DNA of 64,000 bases from Enoplolaimus lenunculus (taxonomy: Eukaryota): contig JASANG010000273.1 of the NCBI GenBank assembly GCA_030248215.1, forward strand, positions 434,001 through 498,000, given 5' to 3'. This document shows positions 24,326 through 37,802 of this stretch, in pieces. Position numbers and translations under genes: made by a program. Position 1 is the stretch's first letter; every line of letters begins with the position of its first letter. The notes beneath the pieces are model-generated. The model had not been told where the DNA came from. It ran no database searches and saw nothing but the letters and a program-made list of their open reading frames with translations.

Positions 24326-26601
24326 AGAAACAAGTTTACAAGTGGGAGCTAAAATTTTTCTAAGAGAGAAGATATGCATAACGCTCTTATCAGGTTGAGA
24401 CCCACTTGCCTTCTCTGATTGCGGGCATATCCCAGATTTACCATTGCAAAATTTTCAAAGTTGATAAGTGAAAGTTCTACGATTTCTGTCGCAATAATTA
24501 TATCAGCGCGCCCATGAATTTGAAATTTGAAATACAAATTAATAAAATTTTTTCAATTTTAAATTTCAATACGACGAAAAAACAATAAAAACACAGCCTA
24601 CCCTGCCGAGCCAAAGCAGCCGCCGCATACCGCCATTTGGGGGGCCCATCCCAAATTGGGGCTCCCACCCTGAAATTTGAAACAAAAAAATTGAAAAATA
24701 TTTTCATCATCAAAAGGGGCCCCACCCTGGAATTTGAAAAAAGGCCATTTAGGCCTGCTCCGGCGCTGCCTACCCTGAGCGATTTCAATTTTTCCAAACG
24801 TATGCCGCTGGCATAAAACATGCTGAAAAAGAAGCTAAAATATAACTGTCTTAAAGTTGATTTGACAACTTAAAACCAGTGTCTGATTATAATTAAATTG
24901 TTCACCAATGAAACGCTCTCAAGTTATTTGACGAAAATCATACACACAGTGCGGGTAGCAACGAGTTAATATTTCCTTCTTCACACGCGAAAGATTTTCC
25001 CATGCAGTTATTTTTTTAACTTGATTCTTTTTTAGCTATTAGTATTTCATGGCTAGGCTCCATATTATCCGCTTGTAATGTAAGTATTTCACCCAGAGCA
25101 GGTTAACCCTAAACAGATGGATAAATTTCCACTTTCGCGGTTTTACAGATCTCGGTCGGTGTCGCGTGGTTTTTGGAATGAAACATTTTCAGAAAAACTA
25201 AAAACGTTATATCTTCACAAAGTTATCCGACTCTATTGCATTCACTGCATGGGTCGTTCCTTCTGCCGTTATGTCCCAATCAACATTTACGTCCATAAAA
25301 TTTCTTAAACATCCATACTTTACCCGAATCTACACCAATTTGTTGCCCGACAACTTGTCGCCCGACTATTCACTAAGCCTCCGTTTGAACGTAAAGCATA
25401 ATGCTAAGCCAAAGCCAAAGGTAATAATTTGTGACAAACCGTCGAGTCGATGAGATGTCCATTATTTTGAGTTGTCAGTCGTCGAGTTGTCGGGCGACTA
25501 CCCAATTCTTGCGAAACCCCTTTATTCTTATCAGATTCCAGCGCAATCAAAGCAGTAGCATCTGCAGGAGGCATTAAGATATTTTTTATTCGTAAGTGAC
25601 GGTAATGTAGCATTGGCATAGAATAATATTGTTGCCGACTTGTCTGCCAATGCAATGATAAAACAAATATTAAGTTAATCGCAGCATCACAGTCCTCAGG
25701 TTTTCATTTCGGAACCGTATGTGTATAAAGCTCATTTTGAACCATTTTGCGAACAATCGGCAACAAAATTGTTTAGTTCAGGATCCTATTACTAATGTAA
25801 AGTCTGGTTCCTGCCTACAGAAATTTTGACACAGGACATATATTCGCTTTATGCTATCTCGTTTATACGACCCTGGTGTCGGTTCCTTCCGATCCTGTTA
25901 TCGCGGCACGTCACAATAAAGCCGCACCACCTTACCATACGGGTTGCTGGTCCTTCCTGCGTGACATTTTTGCCGTTTTACTCGGCATAAAATCAACATA
26001 ATACAACACTGTTTTATCCGGTCCAGTAAAACGAAAAAAACGTCAGATATGTGAACTCAGTTTTATGGAAAATCCCAGAGGGAGTTTACAGTCCGGCGTA
26101 TGTAATCTAATCTCATTATGAGCTAACAGACTTGCACATTGGTATTACGAGTAATTTGCAGTGTTAAAAATGGTTTAATTTGACTAAAATGACTCTAAAC
26201 TGCACTGCCATATATGTGTAGCCAGAAATTTGGTTTGAGGGTTATCACAAGAATTGTATGTTTATCCTTTGGGCCTAAAATCAAATTCTCCAAACTAACA
26301 AATATTTTTTGAGCGAAATAGTTTGCTTTTCAAAATCATTGTAGGGAGTGGCTATGGCCCTGTAGCCCGCACTGGCTGCAGCGTTGTTTGCAGCTTTGTA
26401 AACGTTTATTGACCCTGGTTTCTAGGTCGAAAAACTTATAGTTTAAGAAATCGAACAGTCACTGGTTCTTACAAAACCCGGTGGGTTTACGGTGTTTGCA
26501 GGAACGGTTATATAAGAACAGATGTAGAATAAGCGCTCGTATTAATACACTATCCCAAGTACCGTAATCACTGACAGTTCTGAGAAAAAAATTACACTAA
26601 A

Positions 26602-26652
26602 CTACACCACCACCACAACCAGCAACAACAACAACAACAACAACAACAACAC
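26602..26652. repeat. (CAC)/(CAA)n microsatellite
   Basis: caccaccaccacaaccagcaacaacaacaacaacaacaacaacaac. Confidence 0.85.
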
Positions 26653-28006
26653 CAATCTAGAACCACTACAGTCCAAACAACCTGGATCCATTACTGTCCC
26701 TTAAAGGCAAAACCTTTTCAAAGTTCTTAGATGGATTAGTGTAGTTTCTTCTTAAATTAATGCAGATAATTGTTGATATGGGTCCATAGTAAAGATGAAC
26801 TAGTGTAATGCATGCTCTTGGACTATCTTAAAGGCCTGTCCGGTGAGAGACAGAGACACAGAAAGACTTGCAGACTTTAATCCTTAGGGTTATGATTTGT
26901 TGTGTTTGGGCCTACGCCTAGCAATAGGATTATGTTCAGGTTTAGTGGGAAACCCGCATAGTTAATATTATGCTACACTTTTTTATAAATTGACTGAGAA
27001 GGTTAATGGACCTCAGGAGCGTCCGCAGAAAGTTATATATAAGCGGCTCACTTAATAATTTTGGTTGCCTCCTACAATTGGCATTCAAGATTGGTTACTT
27101 TTCGACCAAGCCTATTAGGGGTTTGAGCCAAATTTAGCAGGAGCACGGCCCACCAATTCCCACCGCCTTGGGGACGGCCATGATGGACATTTACCCTCAA
27201 TCAAAATACCGAAACCTTTCAAGATAAAATTAAAGCACTAGTATTTTACCGTTGTACATAAAATCAACCCAAAATTACGCGTGACTGACAGGGTACAACG
27301 GAAGCCTGTCTTCGACGCTGGCAGACAATCATCCTCTGGTTTTGAGTCCAATAGCAGTTTTACCGGAGGTTTTTCTCAAAAAAGTAAAAAAAAAACACAA
27401 TTTTTGACAGTTCATAAACTACTGTCGAAACGAGCGAATTTAATCTGATTTCAGTTATACTAGATTTCACTCCAAATCTAACCCGCTTCTAGCTCCAGTA
27501 TATATTGTGGACCTTTCGGCTTCAAGATTTTGAGTCTCCGGTTACACCCTTGTTTGTAGTTAGAACCAGGAACCAAAAAAATTACAAACACGAAAATATA
27601 TACCCTCGTGTCTAAACAACATAAACCAGTCATAACCAGGGTCAGAGGCACTCAACGACCACTTTTCATCGCTTCAATAATCTGGCAAGTTACCTCCGAG
27701 CACGACACAGGCTTTTGAGGGCACCGAGCTGAAAATGCGGGTTAACCAAGATATTGACGAGTAGGTAAGCCCGCAACATTCAAAGACGTTTCTTTTGATA
27801 ACCACATGGCCTTTTATGCTACCAGTTAATCATTTTGCTGCGATGGAATATGTGTTTATGGTTTTATTTAAGGAGAATATAAATTTAAATTTCCAACAAA
27901 GCACGTATTGCGAAATGGTTTTAGGGGTCATAAACTTTGGAATTAAAATGCGAAAAGTTTGAACGTTTTGTAGGTGGTACTGAATCTGGAAAGAAACGTG
28001 TCATTG

Positions 28007-28234
28007 CACTGTAAACTCTAGTTAATTGATTTTAATTCAGATTTGAATCACTGAGCCTGAATTAGGTTTTTCATAACTTCTGAATTGACTGAACTCATTC
28101 TGAGTTAACTAATCAACTCACTTGGAATTATTAAACTCAGCGTGTGTTAATATTCACCATTATTAACTCAGAAATATGCAGAAACAACTAACTCTGTTTC
28201 TCTGTTGATTATTCAATTCATTGGAATTACAGTG
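28007..28234. mobile_element. CACTG-terminal MITE family, copy 2
   Basis: tg|cactgtaaactctagttaattgatt ... caattcattggaattacagtg|cg. Confidence 0.72.
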
Positions 28235-29267
28235 CGGCTGGATCGCTTGAATTTTTAACATAAATATTTACTTTAACAGGGGCGGATCATGAAAAACTTT
28301 AAGGTGGTCTACAAATCCGTATCCACGATACATCCTGATTAAAAAGTCAAATTATTGGATATGAGCGAATGTTTGTATAACTCATGCCACGATGATACGA
28401 AGACGTATTCAAGATATTCAAAAGAGCCGATTCCGAACAAGCTGACGTGGTAACTTCAATATAAATGCGAAAACTTACATGTGTGAATTACGCTTTAGTA
28501 TTGTTCCTCTACTCGTTGTCAAATACAATTAACCACTTAAGCTGTTAGCACAACTTTAAACATGGTTTTAAAAATAACGTTTACGGAACCAGAAAGTGAA
28601 AGATACAGGAATTTCCTACCGGAACTGGAAGTCCAAGCATAAACATTAGCAAAAAAATAGTCTAAAGGTAAAGCTTACGTTATTGTAGTCCGCAGGGAAA
28701 CCTTCCGCCCTTGATCTTTACATCGACCAAAACCACAAACCAATAATTGAATTTTTCACATTGAAAACCCAAATAAATGAGCATTAACGATTGTTTCAAT
28801 TAAAATTCCTGAAATTTGTAATTTGAATTTCGTTTCTTGCATCTAATAGCTTATCCATAAAAATTAAATTTTGAAATATTGTTCGATATATATTAGTATC
28901 ATATTGCTAATATTTAGAGTAGTTGCTTGGAAAAATAACGGTGATATCGAGTTCAAAAACGTAAAATGACCCCATTTGTCACATAAAACCAAAAAACGGA
29001 TACAAATATTTACGATAGATATATTAAAAATATGTATGTAATGATTTTATATACATATACATTATATGTACAGATATATACTGGAATAAAGTTGCACTAG
29101 GCATACGGGTTAGTTTACATAAAGACCAGACGGAAAATATCTTCATATGGCTCGGCTCCGTAGCCATAGGGGGTCATTGGTGCTCACACGCCCTGGAAGA
29201 ATTTTGTCCCACCTGTAAATTTTTCGACATTGCCTGTTGTTAGCCATCTAAAACCGTAATCACCAAT

Positions 29268-29655
29268 GGATCTACCAGATATTAATTTTACCGGATACCG
29301 GAACCAGCACCGGATAGTGAATTTTCTACCGGAACCGGATGTTAACCGGATATAGGATATAAATCTGTGCACTGTTGAAAGCATTTGAGTCGTGCAAAAA
29401 TATATAGTTATGGATTTAATATTAATTTTTGGCTCGGATTTTTCGACTCCATGCCAGTGTCTACTCTTGACTAGCCCGGAATTGCAGTCGCTGCGAAATA
29501 TCTTGTATTTCGACATGTAAAAAGCAGCTTTATGATATTTGGAACCACAACCGCAAATATCCGGTATCCGGTAGGTTTTACCGGATACTGAGACCTGATA
29601 CGGATGTCGATTTTGCCGGATGTTAAACGGGAACCAGATATCCGGTCGATCCCTA
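29268..29655. mobile_element. hAT-like MITE with TAGGGATCGACCGGATAT-type end, decayed left end
   Basis: Right end atatccggtcgatcccta; left end ggatctaccagatatt; subterminal accggatacc repeats. Confidence 0.6.
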
Positions 29656-31186
29656 CCCCGAGCAAGGTGAGCTGCGCCTCCGGTTCAGAAATCTGGTGTT
29701 TCGAATTTGAAAATTATAGACACGGATATATATGTAATCCATAAATACGTATGTTAAACATGTGAGTATATATCAGAAGTGTACATAAAAAAGATACGGA
29801 ATGTACCTCCCTAAATTTCTGGAGAGACAAAAACGGAACTTTTATGTTCAGAATAAATTCGGCGTGGGTCATACAACTTTCGCTCGCTAAATGCCCGTTC
29901 GCAAATAACTTTTATATGGAATATAAACTCTGACTGAAATCAAACCTCAGCTACGCCCCTATACACATAAATGTATATATTAAAATATATTTACATTTAT
30001 AAAATATTGCAATCCGAAAATTTAATAAAACAATTTAAAACGAGCAACATTACCAGTTCAAAGTAAACCCAAAGCAAATCAACCGGTAATTCGTACAAAC
30101 AGGACGTTACAATTGTAAATGCACAATTTATTAAATTGCAAGCAATTAAGATTTCTTTAATTTCCAATAATCAAAATAGATGTATTTCGACGAATATTCA
30201 GAGCGAATTGACAGTTACGGGGTCGAGGCTACGGTGACTATGGTATATCTAACAAGTACAGATCTTGGGAAATCCCGGGATCAATCTCCCCACTAGACCC
30301 CAACAAAATTGAAATTTTCTTAGCAATTGAATTCAGAGGCGGATGCGAAAACTTCTGATAGGGGTCGGGCTAAACAAGTGTTGGTGCAGTGCGTTTGAAA
30401 ATTAACAACATTTTTGCCTAATGTGGTCTTTTAAAAGAAAAAACCTTTGATCTGTTTCCGCAACAGTTCAGGGATGATACGCTGAGTTGCACGCGACCCG
30501 CGGGTAAATGCGGGCCGAGTAAGAAGTTTTTGACGTGGGGAACTCCCGATGGCCAAGTGTATAAATGTGCCCTTCTTTTCGCTGGGCACATCACCGACTC
30601 GGGTAACTTTCGAGTAATTTTGAAGTCTTCATTGCGAGATTTTTAAAAATAAACTTAGAGATTAACTTTTTGGGACGTTATTTTAACTGCATACGTCTGT
30701 CTTATACCGCAAACTTTATATCCGGCGAAACCTGCTGACTTTCGGCCGGGTATTTTTCACCTCCGGGTGGCACCCTGCTGCCAGTAGTATGTGCATATGG
30801 CTGGAAGGACTAACTAAACTAGAATTTTAAGTTTTACTTAAACTAACGCATTTTTAAGTTTAACACGAGTTTAAGAATACTTATTTTTTGATTAACAAAC
30901 AAGAGCTGCCGTGTATCTAAGAGTTCAATAAGTTTAGCTTAAACTGAAAATATGTAAGATTTCAAATGAAATTAAGCGTAAACCTACCTGTTAGTTTAGT
31001 TAATCTAAAAAGTTAGTTTAATACTGGTGGATTAGCTTAATCATAAATCAAGATAGTTTAAGCTTTTAGAGAGTAGTTGCAGCACTATTACTGGAAATTT
31101 GGTATGCGGGTAGCGCCACAGGCAAAATCTGTGAAGTGTAATAACACCAACTGCTGCGGAGTTTTACCAATTGATACGAACAATCA

Positions 31187-31438
31187 CACTGCAAATTCCA
31201 ATGAGTTAATTTTAACTCGGAAGGAGTTGAATCCAGTCAGAAGCCTGAGCTATGAATTGGGTCTTTCAGAAGTCAGAATTCTGAAAGGATTGAACTCTTT
31301 CTGAGTTAATTAATCAACTCACCGCCGGCATTAAATCAGCTCAGAGCGAGTTGACATTTTTTGTTATTAACTCAGAAACAGCCAGATATGACTAAATTCG
31401 CTGAGTTGATTATAATCAACTCATCGGAATTTACAGTG
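31187..31438. mobile_element. CACTG-terminal MITE family, copy 3 (2-bp TSD CA; CMC/EnSpm-like)
   Basis: ca|cactgcaaattccaatgagtt ... aactcatcggaatttacagtg|ca. Confidence 0.8.
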
Positions 31439-32560
31439 CAGAAATTAAAAATTCGTAAGGAACTTAGAAACCTTACCATTTTAGCTCAAAAATTTTCCTG
31501 ACAGAAAGGGGGGGCGCGTGCGCCCCCACATCTCGCTTCTGGAGCCGCTCGCGTGAGGAAAGCATGTGAACTATTTTCATACAGCACGCCTGGCTATACC
31601 GAAAATAAAAATCATAAAAATTAGTTTCTCGAACACTACAAGCAAATTTTCTCCAAAACACGAGCCACGTAATTTAAAAAGCCGAAATCAGTTTCGCTGG
31701 AGGACACCAAGTGCTCGAGTGGGATTGCCGTACGATGCAGGGTGTGTAAATAGCCGCAGCGCTGCTACTCTGTCTGTTACACGAAAAGAAACTTACGAAA
31801 TTTCAGAAAATATATATTAATAAATATAAATAAATAAATGAAAAATTATTGCAATTTATTGCTGCGGTTATGATCCATAATCACATATTGCGCTGTGCAT
31901 GACATTACCGCGCTGCCGAATTTGTGCAAAAATTCAGTTCAAATCACGATTTCAATGTTTAAAATTTGAAAAATACCAACAACAAAAAAAGCATAAACCG
32001 CCACATACATATTTGCGCGACACTTTGAGCATTTTAGTTTTATATTGTTAAAAATTCATATATTCATATCTATAGGTTTGTAAAGCCATACTGACAGAGA
32101 AGGGGTCAACGGGCGGGGCGGATTTCAATCCCATTTTGTCAGGTAAAGAATTCTACAGCTTCGTTAACGATTTTTAAGTTGTGTTTAAAGAGCCCTCTAT
32201 ATATTAGTTGCATTACTTTGTTGGTCCCCACCAATAATTTCTGGGTATCATATGCGTAAAGCTTTGTTATAACTCAGGCATACGTTCTGAAAACATATTT
32301 TAGTGGCCTGGTACTACCAAGCGAATCTTGCTGAATCATCTGTCGATCATAAATTTACGTTGAATTTGATTCAACAAAAATTTTTGTGGCATAAACATAT
32401 TGGTAAATGCTTGTAGGCTGACCACAGAAAACATACCATGTAAAAGTACACAACGATTTCTGGTCGCTGGTGAATCCAAGGCGGGCATCCAGGCCTAGCT
32501 ACCCAACAGGAATGAAAACCTAAATCTTGTGTTGAAACTAATATTGCGGTTAGCTTCCCG

Positions 32561-33283
32561 GGCCCATGTAAAGATAAGGGGCGGAACGTTTTTCTGTGGG
32601 ACTAGAAAAGAGTGAGCTTAAGCTTTAGACTAATTTTTTTGCTTGACTTAGGCTTAGGTTTAGGAATATGTTCATTTTTAATGCTTAGGCTTAGGTATAG
32701 GCCCAGAACCGTGGCGCTACTGTAATATAAGCATATACTTAAGCCTAAGCTCATGAGTAAGAATGAGCTTACGCCAATGCTTAAGACTTGACCTAAGGCT
32801 AGCATAAGCAAAACAATTAATTTAAAAGCTTAAGCTTTACTCTATTCCAGTCCCACAGCAAAACGTATTTGAATATTTTTCATGTCTTGACAGAGCTGTT
32901 CCCTATATAAAATAGGCCAATACCCTAAAAGGCCATCACATTTTTCCGGGACAGCAATGTACCGGGAGTACACACAACAAATATAATTGGGACAGCTGAG
33001 GCAGTTGGGACTGCGGGACAGTTGGGACAACGGGACAGTTGGGACACTAGAACAGTTGAGACAATTGGTACTGTTGGAACAGCGGGACAGTTGGGTCAGC
33101 GGAACAGTTGGGTCAGCGGGATAGTTGGACAGCGGAGCAGTTGAGACAGCAAACCAGTTGAGCCCACAAGAAAAAGCTTCTCCACATCGAAAAATTTTCT
33201 TTAGTAAACACGAGCGTGTATGTTTGTACTCCTGTTATATTGCTGTCCCGGGACAACGGGACGTCCTTTATCATGACATCGGC
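32561..33283. mobile_element. Foldback copy of the telomere-repeat MITE with a nested insertion containing a gggacagtt minisatellite
   Basis: Arms 32561-32700 and ~32735-32866 are inverted homologues. The insertion has inverted ends ccgggacagcaatgtaccgggagtacaca (~32946) and tgtttgtactcctgttatattgctgtcccgg (~33221-33251) around a 9-10-bp gggacagtt array (~32985-33150). A remnant of the host right TIR lies at 33261-33283. Confidence 0.7.
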
Positions 33284-33599
33284 TATACGGTGCAACCGGT
33301 GATGAAAAAAACCTGAGCAGAAGGCCAACTAATTTTGCCGGAACTGGAGCCCGAGTTGAAACCAAAGGTGATGGAAATGTCGAATTTATTTTATTTTAAC
33401 AATGAAATGATCTTCAGTGTCGCAAAAAATTTGTTTTGCGCAATCACCAAGCCAAAAGGACCCAGTCCTAGTTTGCTCAACAGAAAACAAATTCAGTACA
33501 AATAGTTTACTGAAGGCCGCATAAAAAGGAACAGTATCATTATTAAAAGATGTGCAAATTCTCACGACTATATATTATACTGATGTAAAAACACGACTA

Positions 33600-33868
33600 C
33601 ACCGTAAAAAATGTTGCGTCAAACTGACTCTCTCCAGAATAAACTTTTCCGGTCTACGCAAACTGAGTCAAATTCGACTCCGCCAGAGTCAAAATAGGCT
33701 TTTCCGGTCTACGCAAACTGAGTCAAATTCGACTCCGCCATAGTCAAATGCGACTCACTGAGCGACTCGGGTGAGTCAAATTTTACTCTGACGGAATCGA
33801 ATTTTGACTCAGTTTGTTCAAGCCTATTTCGTTCGGACAGTCAATCTGACTCACCGTTTTTTGCAGTG
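33600..33868. mobile_element. CAC..GTG MITE with 2-bp TSD TA and tgactc/gagtca subterminal repeats; partial copy ~49877-49966
   Basis: ta|caccgtaaaaaatg ... ccgttttttgcagtg|ta, with an internal duplication of ttttccggtctacgcaaactgagtcaaattcgactccgcca. Confidence 0.78.
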
Positions 33869-36800
33869 TAAGGCTTGAATAAAAATCATGAGGTTCCAAC
33901 AAAACTACTGTTTTCGGCAAAAATTGGTGCACATTTTTGCGGTTAAGCGTTTCCGTTTGCCAAATTAAAAATTCTTAATAGTTAGACACGGAACTGGTAT
34001 TTACTGACATTAAATACTTTATATCGTCTCTAACCTTTACATATTTCTCCTACACTTCATCCCCGAATTCCTGATAACAGTTCTTCGACGCAAATTTTAT
34101 ACAAAATAAATTGTTTTGAATTCCAAGACGTCTACTTTCTTAAATTTTCAAGGCATAAATGTCTGGTATTTCAGACATTAATAGCCTTAAACAGTTAAAA
34201 AATTTGTGCCTGAAATGTTTAAAACATAAATATCTTATCTTCAAAAATTACTGTCGCCAATTCATGACATAAATTTCTCCCTTACAAAAAATAGTTGTCT
34301 TATATTCAAGACTAATTTACTGATTATTATGGATGTAAAAAAAGTTGCTCCGTATATATTCTTAGCAGTGTATATAAATAATCAAATTTCAAGGAAATCT
34401 CTGGTTGAGCTCAGGCTCCCTCCAACCTAAGTTTACATCTTGGACGTATCTTTGGTTGTAAAGTTAGGGCAAGTATTTCGTTGAGGTTTAGCCCAAATTT
34501 TGGAGTTACTTTCCAGGAAAATCTTTGTCCTGTATTTCAGACAAATTCGTTTTATACTTCAGAAATATTTGTCTTCTATTTCAAAAATATCTGCCTCAAT
34601 CGTTCACGATACAAAGTCTTAACTTTCAGACTTTTAAGTCTGAAAAATTTCAGACCCATATTTCTGAAAAATATATTTCCTGAATATAAGGCAATTTATT
34701 TTCCCAGCTGAAATATACCCCACATGATGACACCAAACATTTAATATACGATTTCCAAAACTATTCAATACAGAAATTCAACGAATAATGACTACACTAG
34801 GAGTACGTACGCCCACTGCAAAGCCTAAATTTTTTGTTAAACAAAGCTAAACCAGTCCAATAACGTAGCCGTAATCATTTGACCAGAACGGCACATTGTA
34901 CATTTAGCTTTTACAAGCATTCTAGCTTCTAAAACCTAGAAAATATCCCTTTAACATTTTGCACATTAATATTACCACTCAGAAATAGCATTTCATACGA
35001 TACGTGGCACAATATTCCACTCCAATGCCACAGGTATTCTAAAACATACAACAATCAATAAATGGAACGAATTATGATAGTAAATGTGGAAATAACACAT
35101 TACAACCACTAATTAAATATTAACCAAACAAATGCATATACGGTGATCGTGGTTTAACGGTCATCAAAAGCATAACACATGGTATTCAGCAAAGTATATA
35201 GGGCGACTGCCGAATGAAAACGGAATTTTTTGCCGTGGTTTATAGAAAAGTTCACGCACCAAAATTGAAATTTATATACAATTCCCAGCTAAACATCCAA
35301 TACTGTTGTTCTGCACAAAATAAAACCTATACTTTACGACAAAAACAAAAGTGTCAAACAAAACCTTGAACGTTCAACTAAACTAGGTCGGGTACGAAAA
35401 ACACAAACTCAGTTAAACTAACAAGTTTAAACATATACCACTATACTACAAAAAATCAAATCTATAGTTATCACAGTTCGCTTGTTTGAGGACCTAATCA
35501 CGCATTTCAGAATATCGACTCTCTACACCAGCAGAGTAATGATTCCAACTGTAATATACAAATCAGTTAACAGCATTGATCAAATTAAATTTCGTCACTA
35601 AACACAACATAACTTTTCATATATACTAAAATTCAAAGACCCAAATAGCATTCGTCACGCATGGCGTCATGATACAACCATAAGATACCTCAGTACAGTG
35701 CAGTAAACGCATTCACAACTTGGACTTGATACTATCTCAGTACCTTGTTACACGGCTTTAACATTGCAATGTTTGGCATCTATAAATTAACCAAAAGCTC
35801 GACGAACAGCAAGTTACTCCTGCGTTTGCATCAGGAACGATGCATGGAGTTTATTCAAGGGGGGGTGTTCTAGCACATGTATTACTTAAGGTTTCGTTCC
35901 AGCAGCAACAATTCAACTCAACTCGTTCAAATGATCTTCCGAGAACTCACTTAGCGCTCCGCATATGCTTCGTGGACATTTTCTAGCGATTCCACTGAGA
36001 ACCAGAGTAACCTTACGGAAACCATTTTGTTGTTCTACGGATTTACGCAGCACTTGGTAGATGAGCTGGTCACACCCAGTCCATTCCCAGAAATAATTCC
36101 AGGTCGGTTCATGGCACACCTGTTCGTTTTAATCACTGGAAATCACCAGGGGCGGAAAAGTTCCACTGATTCCCTTAAGAAGGGGGACTTTAATTGATGT
36201 CTTTGGTTAGGAGAGACTTTAATTGGTCCAATGTATTTCCGATAGAACGCTAAACGAAAATAAGAATAAAGCCTGCTTAGGTCGAATACGAATGGCTTTA
36301 TTGCACACTCACCCATGAAACGCTGATAATATTACCACTCTTTTTAAAAAATATGACGCTCAACAATGTCAGCTAATTCAGTCGCTGACGCATGACAAAA
36401 TACAATTTTACGATGCAAACTGCGAATAGAATATTAATGCTAAGATAAAAATATTACTGACACGCGTAAAATGTTAAAACAGCAAATCCTAAACAACCAG
36501 AAAACCATTGTTAACGTAGAAAGAATGTTTAACCTTTATGCTACATCAACACTACTATTTTGTCCCGCTAGCATTAGGGTGGCACTATGCTAGTTAACTA
36601 TTTCGGTGTTACCGAGACCCATCTGTCGCTCTCTCGTATGATACCACACGGTCAAGGAAAACAACGAACAGCATCAAACGGCAAGTCTAGCGCACCTCTT
36701 ATTCTGAATAACTGTCAAAACCTGATATTTCTAACAAGATATATAGTACTTTACAGTTAATATTAGAAAAAATCTATTACTAGTAGATCTAATTAAATGG

Positions 36801-37802
36801 GGTACGTACGACGGCTCGACAAAGATCTTTCGCGCAACAAAATATGACAGTGCACCAAAAGTTTGTAGTTTGCGTACCTTACTCATTACTTTCTCTCCAT
36901 AGCTTTCAGTCTAAGTCTAGGATGACAAATTGGATTAACTGAAAATATAGCAAAAACAAGTAAAACGAACACATTTGTTCGGAAATTATGGTCAACCAGT
37001 AAACCTGCTGAAAGTTTATTCACATAAAAATAAAGTATATGAAAATGGCTCTGAACACCTGGTCGAATTTTAAAGTAATCGCTAATCAGCATCCAAATAA
37101 TAATATGGCAAAAAAAAGAAAAACATACATGAGAAACAAATATTAAACAATATTAATTGAGCTTGACATCATAAAGTATAATCATTCTAAAACATATCCT
37201 GAAAACCTGGAACCTTTCCAAAGTAATAATAAAAACAACATAAGTACGCTTGCGGCAATACATAATGATATTGCAAAAATCAGTAACTACATGGCTCGCT
37301 TTTCAATTAAGTTACCCTTTAATATAAGCAGTATACACCAAAATATAGCTAAAATTCAGCAAAGAAAACTCTCTATAGCTCTATCTGACTCTGTTAATAT
37401 TATTCATTTCATCAATAGAAAAACAATATTTTTGAGAACCTTTTGCAATGGGGTGTAGTTTCTTACTGGACCCAGATCAAATCGAACAGTGGCATGATAG
37501 AGCAGCGGTCTACGGCATAGCTACCAACAGATTAATTTCCAAAGCAACTACATGTTCCTACTTCGCCAGCTAACAACTCCTATAACACTTCAGTACCCAG
37601 ACAAAAATCAATTCAAGCTAAGAATTCTAGAAATGCAATTCAACCTAAGAATTCAAGAAATACAATTCTACCTAGCACAGCCCATTCACACCAGAAATCT
37701 TTTACAGACTCCTTAGTCCTTACCGTTTCCACCCTCATGGAAAACAATTGCAATGGAAAACAATTGCAACCCTAATCCAGAGACACCGTTCTCGAATTTT
37801 TC

